Positions 34,997 to 49,175 of a stretch of 64,000 nt of DNA are shown here, in pieces (positions within the stretch are counted from its first letter, which is position 1; each line of letters begins with the position of its first letter). Both the position numbers and the translations under genes were made by a program. A model generated the notes under the pieces. The model was given only the letters and a program-made list of their open reading frames with translations, was not told where the DNA came from and ran no database searches. Origin of the DNA: Mytilus californianus (lineage: Eukaryota); contig NW_026262679.1 in NCBI RefSeq assembly GCF_021869535.1, positions 59,582,001 through 59,646,000 on the forward strand. Reading direction: 5' to 3'.

Positions 34997-37519
34997 GTAC
35001 AATAGTAGTATTGTTGTTCTCAGTACTGCTTGTTATATTTTTACTAAACTAACTTGACCACTGATTACAAAATAGAGAGGAGAAGGAAAGCAAAACATTG
35101 TTTTATTAGATGATGAACTTGTTGTACATGATGATGAGGAATTGTGTAGTCAAAAGAGAAATATTAAGTAGGGGCTTGTACCAAAGACCGAAAATTCTAT
35201 CTGGACACCTACTAAAAGCCTCACTTTTTAGGCATCAACATTGATACAGATAAAGGAGTTTATAGTATTCCTGACAATGGTATTGATAAGATTATGAAAA
35301 CAATTTCAGAAATTGACTTGTGCTTACCCAAAATAGTTTTTGGAAGTGAAATCTACATGAAGCCAATGTTAAACCTTTCAAGTAAGCTGTTTCTTGACAG
35401 TCTAATGTGCATAGTGACCCAAGCAATAAGGGTTACGGTGATTATATTGTGAAAAACCCATGTGGTATTGTTCACGGTACGTGGTTAGAATCTGAAATTC
35501 CACAAGGAAGGAGTTGACTGCATTGAAAAATTAATTTTTGTCGTTGATAAATTTTTGAACTGGCAAGAATATAAAATGGTTAACCGCCAACCAAAATGTT
35601 GTTAGTATTATAAGTAAAGGGAGCACTAAATCAATACTGCAAAAGTTAGCTTTAGACATGTTTAGCAACATATCAAACACAATGATGATATTAGATTCAC
35701 ATTGAGGGCGTAAACCCGAATCGGTGTATCGAATTTAAACCAAGATATTATTGTCACTGCAGAATGATAGTTTTCAATAATTTAGGAGGGTTTTTTTCAG
35801 CAATTTGAATATATGTTATTGAAAAGCATGATGTATGCAGGGTATCCACGACATCTTGGTGTAAATTTTGGTATTGTATGGATTACACGTACTGAGAATG
35901 AAAGAGTAGATTAACTTTTTTGGATTATTGATTTAGATTATTGGACTATTTCTGAATTTATATTTTAGATAGTTTAATCTCTTTGGGGACCTTATAAGAT
36001 TGATTGGTTTACCTCTGATGACAGTTAAAATTGATTGTTTATTATTTTGGAATTTGTATTCATCAAGCGTTGACGCTTTATAGGTTTACTGCCGAGGAAT
36101 CGATGGGTGGTTTGTTACACCTGTTTCTTTTATCCCACTCGCATTAGTGTATATGCGATAGTGTAAAGCTGTTGGTACTTAAATTACCTTACTGGCGCAC
36201 TACCACTTATTGACCAATGCTCTGTCCTTATGGTGACGATTTCATTTCTGAGGTGTCAAATTTTATAGATCTTCCTACTTACAAAAATGCTTCTATCGCT
36301 GGTAAGAGTAAGAAGTCTATATTTGGCAATGTTGATTTAACATCTCGCATATGTAGGCATTTATGATGGATTTTAAATCCAGTTAGATAATTTGGATATG
36401 ACCATGTATTATATATTCAATTACAAGTAAATTTGTACAGGCATTTGCTGGAGAATTGCAGAATCTACCTGTTTTGCTTGTAAGTAAAATGAATACTTCT
36501 AGAATTATTTTCGGATTCTCTAGCATTTTCTACTACAAAAGGATATTATAAGAGTGGTTTTTTTATGGTGGAAGAATAAGGCTACATTGTATGGAACTGA
36601 AAATGATGATAGTTTACCACCTAAAGCTTTATACGTTGGTATATACTTAGTTTCCTTCACATAGTAGAGCAATACTGTTAGTCCACTTCTTCAGGCGTTT
36701 TACTCTTTAAAGTGGATACATTCTCTTATTGGCACACACTAATTCATCTTTAGTAGTCAACGTTCTAGAAGGTGCGAAACATAGTTTAGCTACCCCTTTG
36801 AATAAAAAGGAACCTTTTTCGGTAGAACTTCTGAATTGGCCAAGTCGTATGGTCTTGCAATTTACCTTTTTTTAATTTATTATTTAGGAATATGAATTGT
36901 GGTTTCGAAATGTGGGTTTTAACGAAAATGAACTAAAATCACTGTAGGGCCTTCAACAATAAACAAACCCACACAGCACAGTTATCTTCAAAAGGATCCA
37001 GGCCTGACAAAATGTTAAACAATATAATAGAGAAAACCAACGGTTGTAATTTGCAAAAAAATAAATAAACGAAGAACAAATGTGACAGAAAACAACTATC
37101 AATGTACAGGCTTCTGACTGGATGATAAAAAAATGTACGGGAATTAAACATTTTTTAGTACTCAATCCTCTCCTTACCACAAACAGTAGTGTAACAGCAC
37201 AACATAAAACAAACTGTGTAAAATTCTGTCAAAATGAGTTTGACAATAACACGAGGTACCATTCCAAGACCATTCGCAGTTATTTAAAGTTTGTAAATAT
37301 ACCGATTATGACATATTTTTTATTGTAATATTTTTAATTAGTTTTTGCACGGCGGGCTTTACAAGAGAGCAGGAGGCGCTTAGTCTGTCGGCGCAACCAA
37401 TCTCGTTTTTTTTCTGGAGTTTATTCGTTCCCCAAGTCTTTGTTTTTTACCTATATTTTTTATGATTTTAATGGATTGATAAGATTAAAACTACCGACGA
37501 CAGCAAACATTGCATTATA

Positions 37520-40500
37520 AACTTGCAACTAATAACGAAGTTATCACCAGAGAATGACGAAAAACTGTACTGTCACGAATTTGTTTACTTCTGTAATTGT
37601 TTGTTAGTCAAAACTAATCATCTGCATAATTATCCTAGTTCGTACCGAAGTGTGCAATTACACTTGATACCAGGAATTGAGCTGTATTTCAGAACGGCAC
37701 TTACCTGGTTGCATATTTATCCTTTCTTTAACATTTATTTTGATGTAATATGCTGTTTTTTACCATTTTTGGTAGTCGAATAATATACACAGTCACGACT
37801 TAAATAGTGTCTAATTGTTTTAAAAATATAATTAGTCAGTTCAACGAATATGTAACCAAATATAAGGTTGGAAGACTAATATTTTTTTTAGATCTGTTAT
37901 TTAAATTCAACGAAAAGTTTAGAAGTTTAATCTTATGAAACATTTATTTAAACGCATGTCGTCTATACATTTGCTATTTGATTTAAAACCGGTTTTTAGG
38001 CTTTCTTTTATACTCAAGTGTATAGCTGATTGTTTTAATTTGTGTAATTTGATGTGTACATTGTATATAGTCGGTGACAAGTAATATAATGACAATTTCG
38101 TTTGATAATAATTATAAACTTTGACAGTTTGTGAATTTGCATATAATTTAATTGTCAAAACTGTTTAGGGTGAAGCAAAATATTATGGTAGTTACAACCG
38201 AGTCATATTAATTTTGATAAGATCCATACAACCTTTACCATGTAAGCTCGAGTCCTAAATGGGGGTTAGGATAAGGCTATATGAAACGATTTACAGCACC
38301 AGAAAGGGTCTAGCAGAGCATCCAGAGCCAGTCGCAAACAAAGAGGTGATTACGTGACAAAGTTTATAACTTTTATTATAGCTATAATATTCTGAAAGAA
38401 ATCCATGTTAACAAAATCTGAATAAACAAATTATTTTTTAGCCCGTAACGCAGATTTTTTTTTAAATTTTCGATTGTACATTGTGCAAGAAGGGCCGCGC
38501 TTTTTAGTATAAAATAAGTTCGGTCACATGATTGGTTGCTCATATGATCAACGACCGTAAAAGATGGAAAGTGTTCATTCACAAATAAAAGAATGTTAGT
38601 ATTTAGCTTAAAGTCAGCGACAACAGGTGAAATTGAAAGGAAAACTGAAAATTTAACCACTTAGCTAGAAGCTTGTTGCTTGTATAAACAGGTCTTGAAA
38701 TCGTCATGATAACTGTAAGCTACCGAGCTCTTTTGAAACTATAATTGGCCACAATATTTTGTAAAGGTGGTTTGTAATTATTCAGTCAATTCCGTGTTTC
38801 TAATCACATGGGTTTCTCAGGTTTATATTTTTCTATGCTACAATTTGGAGTTTAATCTGTGGCAAGAACTTTAAATCTCGATGTTTGTCATGAGGGGCTA
38901 GAATTTGGTTTGGTATCTGAACCTCGAAGTTGGCGATAAAGTTAAAAATAACTGTTTCAAGTTAAAAAATTTATACGATGTATATAAAAGGAGATCGGTT
39001 TAAGCCTCTATTTGTTGATAGCAGAGTGAAGTGTTCGAGCTTCGTAATCCTATTACAGACTGTAGTTTACAGTTCCACAAGACACCAAGGACGAAGATGT
39101 AAACAATCCTAATCAAACGCATAGCCCTAACAACGATCAAATCCTATACTGTACCGTAAGCTATAAATTGCCCTCGCAATAAAAAATGAAAACACTTAAT
39201 AAGTCGACGTTACCAGTCTCCCTTCTTTTGAAATTAATGCGGTTCCCTCAGTATAGAAATTAGAAGATTTGGTATGATTGTCTATGAGACAACTTTCCAC
39301 CAGAGACCAAATCACGTAGGTAGCAAGTTTTCTGCTTTTACCTTGATTTGTAATTTGTTATAGGATTTAAGAGATTCAAACATTGACATACTACAGTGAC
39401 TGTTGTTTTTAATCCATTTTCAGTTGTAACTAATGAATAAATCAGACTTCATTATCATTCAGTACACATCCAACGGATTAAGTGTAAAGATTTTATAGAC
39501 ACTCTTAAAAAGCATAACATTACGCAATGCTAACATATAAGTATTGACAGAATGTAGGACCATAAATGGTTGTCGACATGATGTAGGATAATAAATTATT
39601 GTAACTGTATACAAGCGCTGATTCACTAATGAGTGGTTTGTAGAGAAAACGCGCGTCTGATATACAGATTTTGAATCCTGTTAAATATGATGAGTTTATT
39701 TGCATTTTTCATTATCAAAATATTTCAATTTATTAAACAGACATCAATGTTACAATCGATGACAGCAATGATAACATGATAGACTATCAACCAACAACAA
39801 AGTTGTCATCACAAGGATGACGAAATACTGCACTTCTTAATTTCATTTACTTTTATAAGGTATTGTCAAACAAAATTAATGACCTGCGCTCGTAATCGAA
39901 CTGGAGTGTGATTTTACAATTGATACCACAAATTGAACAGTATTTCAAAATGACACTTACCTGACTGCATATTTTTTTTTTTCTTGCTAATATGTGATAT
40001 GCTGTTACTTTTACCAATTGATATATTCATGTGTAATTGTCAAATAAGTATCCAAAGCAAATCTTTAGATACTGTTTCTTTCTTGAAAATCTATCATTTG
40101 TCAATAAAGATCCGTCCAATAACGAATACGTCAACAGATAAAGTTAACAGACAAATATGTTTCCCTTGAACTATTACCTTGAATTCTACAAAAGGTTTAA
40201 AATTTTATTTTGATGAAACATTTGATAAGCACATGCCAACTAACCCCGTCAATCTTCTATACATTTAAAACCCGTTTCAAACCGGGTGTACGATTTTCTG
40301 TTATGTTTAATTTTATGACATACATTTAGCTAAATATGTGTTATTTGACAAGTTATTACAGTCAGTAATCACAAATAAGTATAGTTAAGTGTAACAATTT
40401 GCGAATTTTCTTATTCTTTAAATGTCTAAACTGTGTAGGGCGAAACTATATATAATGATTATATAAACGTGGGATATTAATATAAATGAGATGAGACCAA

Positions 40501-41480
40501 CTTAACCCCTTAGTTTATTTATTTTGTATTCAAAATTATTTATTTTGTAAAAATATTTCCTTTCTCTATTGGTACTGTACAGGTATACCTAACAACAAAA
40601 TTATTTTCATTTACCTGTGTTTAAAGTTATTGCAAATGGATGGTATTTTTGTTCGAGCATATTGTTTTTCTTTAATTGTTTAACATTTCTTACCGATATA
40701 ACATGTTACTTTTATTATTCTTCCCTTAGTTTATTTATTTTGTATTTACATTGTGTCATAGGTCAAATTTATTTGTTCAGTGTATGTTCAATGGTGTTAA
40801 TATGTCCTTTGATTGAATTAAGCTATTTCAGTTGATATTTTATAGTGTGTTTTTCTATGTTGTGATGTTACACTATTGTTTCAGAAAAAGGGTGAAGGTT
40901 TGGTACCAATAAAACGTTTAAACCCGCTGCATTTTTTTGCACCTGTCCTAAGTCCGGAATCTGATGTTCAGTAGTTGTCGTTTGTTGATGTGGTTCATAA
41001 GTGTTTCTCGTTTCTCGTTTTTTATATAGATTAGACCGTTGATTTTCCCGTTTGAATGGTTTTACACTAGTAATTTTTTGGGGCCCTTTATAGCTTGCTG
41101 TTCGGTGTGAGCCAAGGCTCCGTGTTGAAGACCGTACTGTGACCTATAATGGTTTGCTTTTATAAATTTTGACTTGGATGGAGAGTTGTCTCATTGGCAC
41201 TCATACCACATCTTCTTATATCTATTAACCCGTGTTTTCGAATACCTTAACCAAATACGGTCGAGACCTAAATTGGAAGGACAGAGCGAATCCCTAAAAC
41301 AATTTAATGGAACAACCAGAACCAGTGGCCAAAAATGAGTTTAATATGCTATCAATGTTTCTCTTATTCTAACGACCGTAGAAATTAAAGGTAGCGTTTA
41401 ATTTGAAGTGACAATGAAGAAAATTGAAAAGTAGTCTGAAAATGTTCACCACTTAGTTAGAAGAATTTTGTTTATCAGAG
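37520..41480. repeat. Old diverged tandem duplication (37520-38700 vs 39780-41480)
   Basis: Collinear matching blocks include GATGACGAAA(A/T)ACTG, TTGATACCA..AATTGA..GTATTTCA...CACTTACCTG..TGCATATTT, GATGAAACATTT and GAAAAT(T/G)T(A/T)(A/C)ACCACTTAG.TAGAAG. Confidence 0.65.
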
Positions 41481-44400
41481 GCAAGTGTCCGACATTCATA
41501 TAATCTTAAATCGTTTTTACTATACAGTTTACTGTTCCAAATTTTGCAACAACGATTTGGATAAGGAAAAACCAATGTTCAAAAGTATTAATATACAGTT
41601 AGATATTTGCATTCAAGTAACGTTTGATATTTCAAGTTCTATCAAACACGCTTTATTTTAAGGACAACCATTCTTGATAGTTTTTAAACTCTTTCCACTA
41701 AATCCCTTATATAATTGTTTGTATCTAATTTATGAAAAACAAGGTTTATGTATTAGTTTGAGTTTGAATTGAACTGGCTTTGGGTAATTGTGAGAACTCT
41801 ATGATCAGCAACTTACTGATTTGTATCTTGTTTCCCATTCTTTATATAATGTGATTTTAAATATTATAAGGGATAAACACTCAAGTATTTAATAAATTTC
41901 AAAAGGTATATGTAAAAAGTATATGTTAATAGTCAATTTATAATAAATCACATCCTTCACCGCGATTTCTTTCGTTATGTTACTTACTTTCTATAACATT
42001 GCCCACTATGCCAGCGAACTGCTAGTTTCCAAAATATCTGTAGTGGTTCCTTATAAATTTGAGCCATGAAATGAGATTCTTTGTTGTAAAGAAATGATTC
42101 TGCTTTAGGAAGGATGCAAATTCTTAAAAAAAAGAGCGAACAATTGACACACTATAATAAAGGTTTTATGGGTCTTTTGTTTCTTACACTTTACGATAAT
42201 TGCCATATGAAACGTAGGTGTAATGTTAACGTCGTTACTTTATTGCTTATTCTGTAATAACAAATTTTAGAAAGCTATAGATATTAATAAACCAAAACAC
42301 ATTTATAAGGTAAAAATAATCGTTTTCGTCAGAAGCTTACATTAATACTAAAAATAGTTATTAGCTTCCAAGCATATTAAATCAATGAAAAATGAAATTC
42401 TGTCAGAAGCAGAAGTAATTATAAATATATTTGAGTATATTTTTAGTTCTACTTATATATCATTTCTAACCTACGGAATGGATTTTGACAGCATTTTATT
42501 AGGTGCTAAAGTTGATCTTTTAATGAATTGACAGAACCTAAGTACGTGTAAATGCTCGTCTCGATACGGAAGGAGGTGTTAAGATATTCTTCCAGATTTC
42601 GCTTTACTAAGGCCCCTTGCAAGAATATAACATGGAACTAAAATTCTTATGTATATCTGTCAATACAAAGAATTTTCAAATACCGTCAAACGTTTGGTGG
42701 TAGCATACACAGGTTGAGCCCTTTAATTCGTCATTGCGTATACAGACCTTTTTTGATATTTTTACTAACAAAACCCCAATTACTTCTCTTTTCTGAACAC
42801 ATTTTCATATTGTGGTATTAGCCGTAATAGCAGGTATGCCGCATGTCAATTCAACTAGTTTTGCAAATTTTTCGAGTCTGATTTTCTTGGCGTTTTAGAA
42901 TTGTTATCCATTTTGTTTGTTAATTTTTTAACACAACTTTGTATTGAAAAATATCCATCAATGGACGTTTTACTTCGAACGCGATATAGCTGTGAAACCA
43001 ACATCGTAAAAGCCGACCTGTATCACTGAAGTTATCATCCTAACACCCGACGAAACGCGTGTAAATTTGTATTGGTTGATCGTTGTTGGAATGCCAATTA
43101 CTATTTTTAATTTTATTCATAATTATAGCTCAATGAAATAAACCTTAATAATATTAATTTAGCATCCGCTTGTAGTCTTTGAACACATTTTTTAAAGGTT
43201 AATAACTGAGGTCACGAGCAACATCCTGTTATGAGTAATAATACTAGTGTTGTGATCAGGGTTCACTTTGACATCCAGTTTGCTTTATTTAAAAAAATTC
43301 AGTCTTTTCATTTAATGACGTTTTTATCAAACATTACTGATTGCAATATAGGAAAAAAATAAATATCAGAATGACATAGTTAACACAAGGTGAGCGATTC
43401 AGGCTCTTAGAAGCCCTTTGTTATCCTAAGCAGAAGAATAACAAGTTGTGTGAATCTTATTGATAAACTAACAATAAATAAAGGCAACAGTAGTATACCG
43501 CTGTTCAATAGTCATAATTCGATTAAGCAAAAACAAATCCGGGTAACAAACGAAAACCGAGGGAAACACATCAACTATAAGAGGAAAACAACGGAACAAC
43601 AGAAACACTAAACTACAATAAAAGCAAACACCAATAAGTCAGTATCTCAAAACTATATATCAGAATAACATACAGAATTATGTCAATAAGTGGATGTAAC
43701 CTGGACCTAAGTTACAAATATACCTGATTATATATAGTCATGCGGCTCAACGCTCTTGATAATAATATTTTTCAGGTTCTGATTGTGATGGTATTCAAAT
43801 AGCTGCTGTATAAAATGTCAAATTCATTTATTTGATATCCTGAGGGATACTGGTTTTTATCTTGATGAAATAGCCTCAGTACTGACAGTTCTAACATAGT
43901 TAAAGTGCATATTAGACCAAATCAGATTAGACTCAAAGTAGACGAGGTGGTTCCGTAGATGGTGAATGCACTTTAATAGTTCGTGTTTTGCCTATTTAAT
44001 GACAGTCATCATGTAAATATTTTCAAAACATCGTCTGTTCAAAAGTCCAACCAAACGAACCATCATATTTTGCTTTTGAATTTGTTAACCTGTAATTTGC
44101 AAATTTGATTAATTATAGATAGAAAAATCTGACAACGCTATAAGATAACTTCAAACGAATTTTATGTTATATGTGCAATAATTATTGACTAGTTGATGAC
44201 ACAATATCTCTATGATTAGCCTTTCTAATATTGATAGAGATAATTTTACTTTCCTGAATAATTCTTATCATTGGCTAATTTAGTTCGAAAAGATTGACGT
44301 ATTGGACGATACTGCAAACATTGAACTTCAGATTTGTTTTTCTTGTTCTTATTAATAATGATTTTCAAATTGTTTAACTATTCCTCTACAATCAACGAAA

Positions 44401-44689
44401 GAATGATTCCATGTAAACAAGTGAGTTGAGATAGTACAAAATTAGGAGACACCGAAAACAATTTATGCACGGATTCACAATAATTCACAATTTGTTTTTC
44501 GCTTCAACAGAATTACCGACTGATATAGGTAGATATACATAGTTGAAAACATATTCTACAAGTTGACTTTCATAGCTAGGTAGTTATGTGATATCAATTT
44601 ATACGGGCTATCATCACGACGACAAGAGTTAATGTGTTATTCGGTCGAATAAAGGCTTTCTTATACCATTTTACGTGACTCTGTATTTA

Positions 44690-45216
44690 TGTATCCCCTC
44701 ATACTTTGAACGACAAAATTATTTTATGTCTACCTGTGCGAATTTCAAACGCACGATTTTACGCCAGTACTTAAAACCTTCCATCCTTTATGGGTGGATT
44801 TTACATAGATAAATAAAATCGTATAAGCAAAATGAGGATTTTAAATTTGATGTATGCCTTTTTGTGCTTCTTCGTTACATTTGTTTGTTTTTATAGTGAT
44901 TAAGATGAAAACACAATGTTGACTGCTGTACCCTTATTTTTTACATTTTTGCCTATTGTGTCTGTTTGTTTTGTTCACGCATTGTTGTCAATATAATGGA
45001 ATTTGATGCGACTTTCATACAAGTGAGAGGTTTAGCTAGCTATAAAACCAGGTTCAATCCACCATTTTCTACATAAGAAAATGCCTGTACCAAGTCAGGA
45101 ATATGACAGTTGTTATCCATTTGTTTGATGTGTTTGTTTTTTTGATTTTGCCATTTGATTGGGATCTTTCCTTTTTGAATTTTCCTCGGAGTTCAGTATT
45201 TTTATGTTTTTACTTT
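44690..45216 (+). repeat. Interspersed repeat shared with 1365-1905 (plus) and ~53095-53520 (minus)
   Basis: TATGTATCCC..CATACTTTGAACGACAAAATTATTTTAT...TTTGATGTATGCCTTTTTGTGC...CCTCGGAGTTCAGTATTTTT occurs at all three sites. Confidence 0.85.
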
Positions 45217-46509
45217 ATACCCCCCTTCATACGACGAAAAACAATCAGATTTGAAATCCGATTTGACAATACCGGTTTGAGCTCGCACATTAAATGAATA
45301 TTTGTGAATACTGAGTCAAACCATATGAGGTAGTTAATTTGACATCTGATTTCAACTTGCATCGAATTTGAGTGCTAAAAAAATATACTAGAGAACGCGA
45401 ATGCATATTATAATCTAGAATATATCCTTGCGTATCTATTTTGTTTATTATATTTTGCATCAGAAAATCACTGGCATGCATTAATATTGATTACTCTTGT
45501 ATGCAGATTTGAAGCAAGAATATCAATTAGACATTTATTTACAGAATTTCGTGTGAACGCAATCAGGATTCAATTCCAATACGATGAATCCAGATATACA
45601 TCGGATTTAATGGTATCCGCTTTGAATCTTGCATGCGTGTTAAAAGGGTTTATGACTATCTGTTTGTTATGGAGTTTGTCAGCTCTTCGCCGAAAGTTTA
45701 TCGCTTTATACGGACACTCCAGTTGCCTCCAATAAAGCTGCACGCTATGAAATTGTTCATGTAAAGGTAAAGAGTTGTTACATGAAATTAAACGAACTAT
45801 TAAAGGCAGAGAAGTAATCAATATGGAGACATAACACTTTCGGTTTAGAAAGATAGTTGATACCCAACTCTGTTCTATGAAGATTTTATCAATTAAAAAT
45901 ATGCCAACGACAAAATTGTTTTAAGAAATTTCTTTAATACATATCTTATTACGGCATATCTTTTTAATTTCCATGTCCTAAAAAATGATACTTTAGGGGA
46001 AATAAATGCGTTGAAGATTTCATATGAGGATTTAAACATGAATACAGTAAAATAATAGAAGAAAAGAAATGATATAACATTCAAAGTTTCTTTAATCAAT
46101 TCATCAGATGAATCGTGTCATTTCAAAATTAACAAGTCAACAACTCGATAAATAAAATAATATGTATACAACCATTTCTGTTTATCCTATTTGACAAATC
46201 ATGTCCCATTCAGTTTGAAGATATAAGTAATCAAAAGGAGGTATAATTGCAAAATTACATGTTAATGTTCACTAGACTAGTATCACTATAAATACTTTCA
46301 ACAACATGTTTAAGTCTGCAGATACTAAGTTTCTAGACTACATTTTTACTTATCTCGTAGTGTTGTTCTATCTTAATTCGCTTTTTTAAACGACATTTTA
46401 CTTTCGTGAATTGTAGAGGAATAGTTTCACGATTTGATAATTATTATTAATAAGAACTAGAAAAAAAATCTGAAATTTATATTAGATAAGGAGATGTGGT
46501 ATGTCTTGG

Positions 46510-46835
46510 TCTAGGCCACTACAAGTAGAGGTTTTCTTCCCGAGGGTATCAACAGTCAAGTAGTCATCACTTCTGTGTTGACATGAATTATCATTGATAT
46601 GGTCATAATTATAAATTTACTGTTTACAAAATTTAAAACTTCGAAACACTAAGGATTTTCGACCCCAGGTATAGATTACCTTATCTGTAATTGGCAAAAC
46701 CTTTCGTAATTTTGGGTCCTCTTCAACATCGTTCTTTAATTGGGCTTTTGATTGAGCGTCACTGATGAGGCTTTCGTACTAAATGCGCGTCTGGTGTAAA
46801 ATGTTAAGCCTGGTATCTTTGATGAGTTTCATTAT
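46510..46835 (+). mobile_element. Retrozyme-like monomer (~330 bp) ending in a decayed hammerhead motif (46757-46797)
   Basis: GAGCGTCACTGATGAGGCTTTCGTACTAAATGCGCGTCTGGTG, followed by CCTGGTATCTTTGATGAGTTT as in the other copies. The body is homologous to the inverted copy at 26370-26706. Confidence 0.6.
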
Positions 46836-49133
46836 GATTGCCAATCAGATAATTACCCTTCAGAGACAAAATTACGTAGATGTTAGCAACTAAAGCCTAT
46901 TTTCTTGGAGCACTTATGAAGGAATATCTATCTATCATCCAATTACTTGTTTTTATATCATCACCAAATGTGACTTGTTTGGATTTTTGACAATCTCGAT
47001 CACACAGTTGGTATCCGTTAAATGCGTGCTTTGCAATGTTTCACTAATATATATTGTAGTGTTACGTACATGTAGTAGGGACAAAAGTAGTATTTCATTT
47101 TCCTGGCATTAGGTTGGCCTTTTGTGTACCCAAGGCAGGTTAAGAGCGCTGTGATTAGATGTAGATAATATATTCTTTTTATGAGTATCTGCATTGTGAA
47201 TATTTACAATGTTAATTTTGAAACACATGGACATATTTTTCTTGGGAATTATTTGAAAAGACTTTCAAAATTTCATTAACTGTATGTAACATGACGGTAG
47301 CCATAGGTACTATAAACAAGCCCTCTTCGAAGATGGTCAAACAGAATGATAAAGTACTAATGTCCAACTCTTTTGTCCTTGTTTTTATCATTAAAGTGAC
47401 AAATTTAGAAAATGTTAGTTTTGTCGCCTATGATGAAAAAAATACTACCGTTTTCCGCCAGGACAGAATGGAACAGTTATGATATCTGCGCCGAAGATTT
47501 GATTTTACTTGACATGAGCAACACGACGAGTGTTACTTGTGGTTAAAGGACTGTGCCTTCCATGTCATATGAGTTCACTAACGGTTTATGTTGAGGTTCG
47601 TGTTGCTCAATATTCAGTATTCTGCCAGATGTTTTATGTTTTTGTTTTCTTCATTTGTCCATGGTGTTATTGTCTTTTTTCGACTTATTGTTTTTGGTCA
47701 CAATCTTTGTATCTTGTTCCCTATAAATTATATAATGTGATATTGAATAGTATAAGGGATCAACACTAAAATATTCAATAGCTTTCAAAATGTATATATG
47801 TAAAGAAGTTGTCTGAATAATAGCCAACGATAAATCTTACGGGGCGATGGATCATATGATTATGATACAGTACACTACAAAATATAATATATAAAAAGCA
47901 AGTCTTAAAGGGTACAACATCACCCCCCAAAAAAAAGTAAAATCATGAACAAATGTTAAATATTTCGGATAACTAATATCCTTCATCAGTAAAATGTCAA
48001 ATGTTTCTTATCTTGACATGTGGTACATGTAGTCAAACTGAAATAATAATCTTGACCGTTATACAAAAAGTATATTTGTAAACAGTCAATTAATTATAGG
48101 TTTCATTCCGAGCGCAAATTCATTCGTTATGTTACTAATTTTCTATAAGATTGCCCACTATGCTAGCGAACTGCAAGTTTCACTATGTACATATCTGAAA
48201 ATATCTCTAGTAGTTACATATAAAGTTAAACAATAAGATAAGATTTTTTAATACGAAGAAAATATTTTGCTTCAAGAATCTATAGGATACAAATTCTTTT
48301 ATAAAAACCCGAACAATTGACAAACAGTTGAATACAATCATGAAAAGTTTTATGGTTCTGCAGTTTTTTACACTCAATGATACTCGCCAAATAAAACGTA
48401 GGTGTAAAAAACTTCATTTATTAGACTAGAATATAAAACATTTATAAATATTAGAAAGCTATAGATATTGATAAACCAAGACACATATATAAAGAAACAA
48501 ATAATCGTTTGCATCAGAAGCTAACAGTAATACTAAAAATAGTTATAAGCTCCCAAGCATATTTAATCAATGATAAATGAAAATTCTGTCAGAAGCAGAA
48601 GTAATTATAAATACGTTTTAGTATATTTTTAGTTCTACTTATATTTCGTTTCCAACCTACAGAATGGATGCTGACCGAATTTTGTAGGTGCTAAAGTTGA
48701 TCTTTAAACGATTTGACGTGTACGTGTAAAGTAAATGCTCGCCTCGATACGGAAGGAGGTGTTAACATACTCTTCCAAATTTAGTTTTACTTAGACCTTT
48801 AGCTAGAATAAAACCTGGTTATGAAAATTCTTTTTTATAACTGTCAATATTATTTCTTCATAACATAAGGTGAACATTGCTAATTAAGGTTTTCATGTAT
48901 TACCAAACAAGTATCACCAAGAATTATCAAATAAAGTCAAACGTGTGGTGGTAGCATACACAGGTTGAACCCTTTATTTCGTCATTGCGTATCCAGACAT
49001 TTAGATTTATTTTCTCACAAAACCCTTATTACTTTTCTATTTCTACTTCACTATTCCTTTAGGTATTTTGGTCCCTCAACGCTCTTCAACTTCGTACCTC
49101 ATTTGGCTTTTTTTCCTAATATTTTGATTCGAG

Positions 49134-49175
49134 CGTCACTGATGAGTCTTATATAGACGAAACGCGCGTTTAGCG
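49134..49175 (+). ncRNA. Minimal type I hammerhead ribozyme (best-preserved copy)
   Basis: CGTCA-CTGATGA-GTCT(TATAT)AGAC-GAAA-CGCGCG-TT-TAGCG: intact core, perfect 4-bp stem II, palindromic stem III, GUU cleavage triplet, one stem-I mismatch. It sits in a ~160-bp insert (49055-49212). Confidence 0.75.

Larger units (their letters stand above)
32930..36860 (+). mobile_element. Decayed DIRS-type tyrosine-recombinase retrotransposon (gag-like, RT, RNase H, YR remnants)
   Basis: Gag-like: QFNFNAENLEDL...LWAIDK...RNKII*TADTPQGG*DIARQYDANPV. RT: VVSPLTISVQSNSKRRLILDLR, MFKYDVHS...HVDIFP, and STACYIFTKL...LLDD-like motif near 35100. YR-like remnants lie near 36340-36720. Many stops, and two insertions. 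Confidence 0.8.

Noticed and set aside
45570-45821. 83-aa minus-strand ORF (MITSLPLIV...)
   Set aside because: No recognisable domain or convincing splice context; overlapping frames on both strands are equally open.
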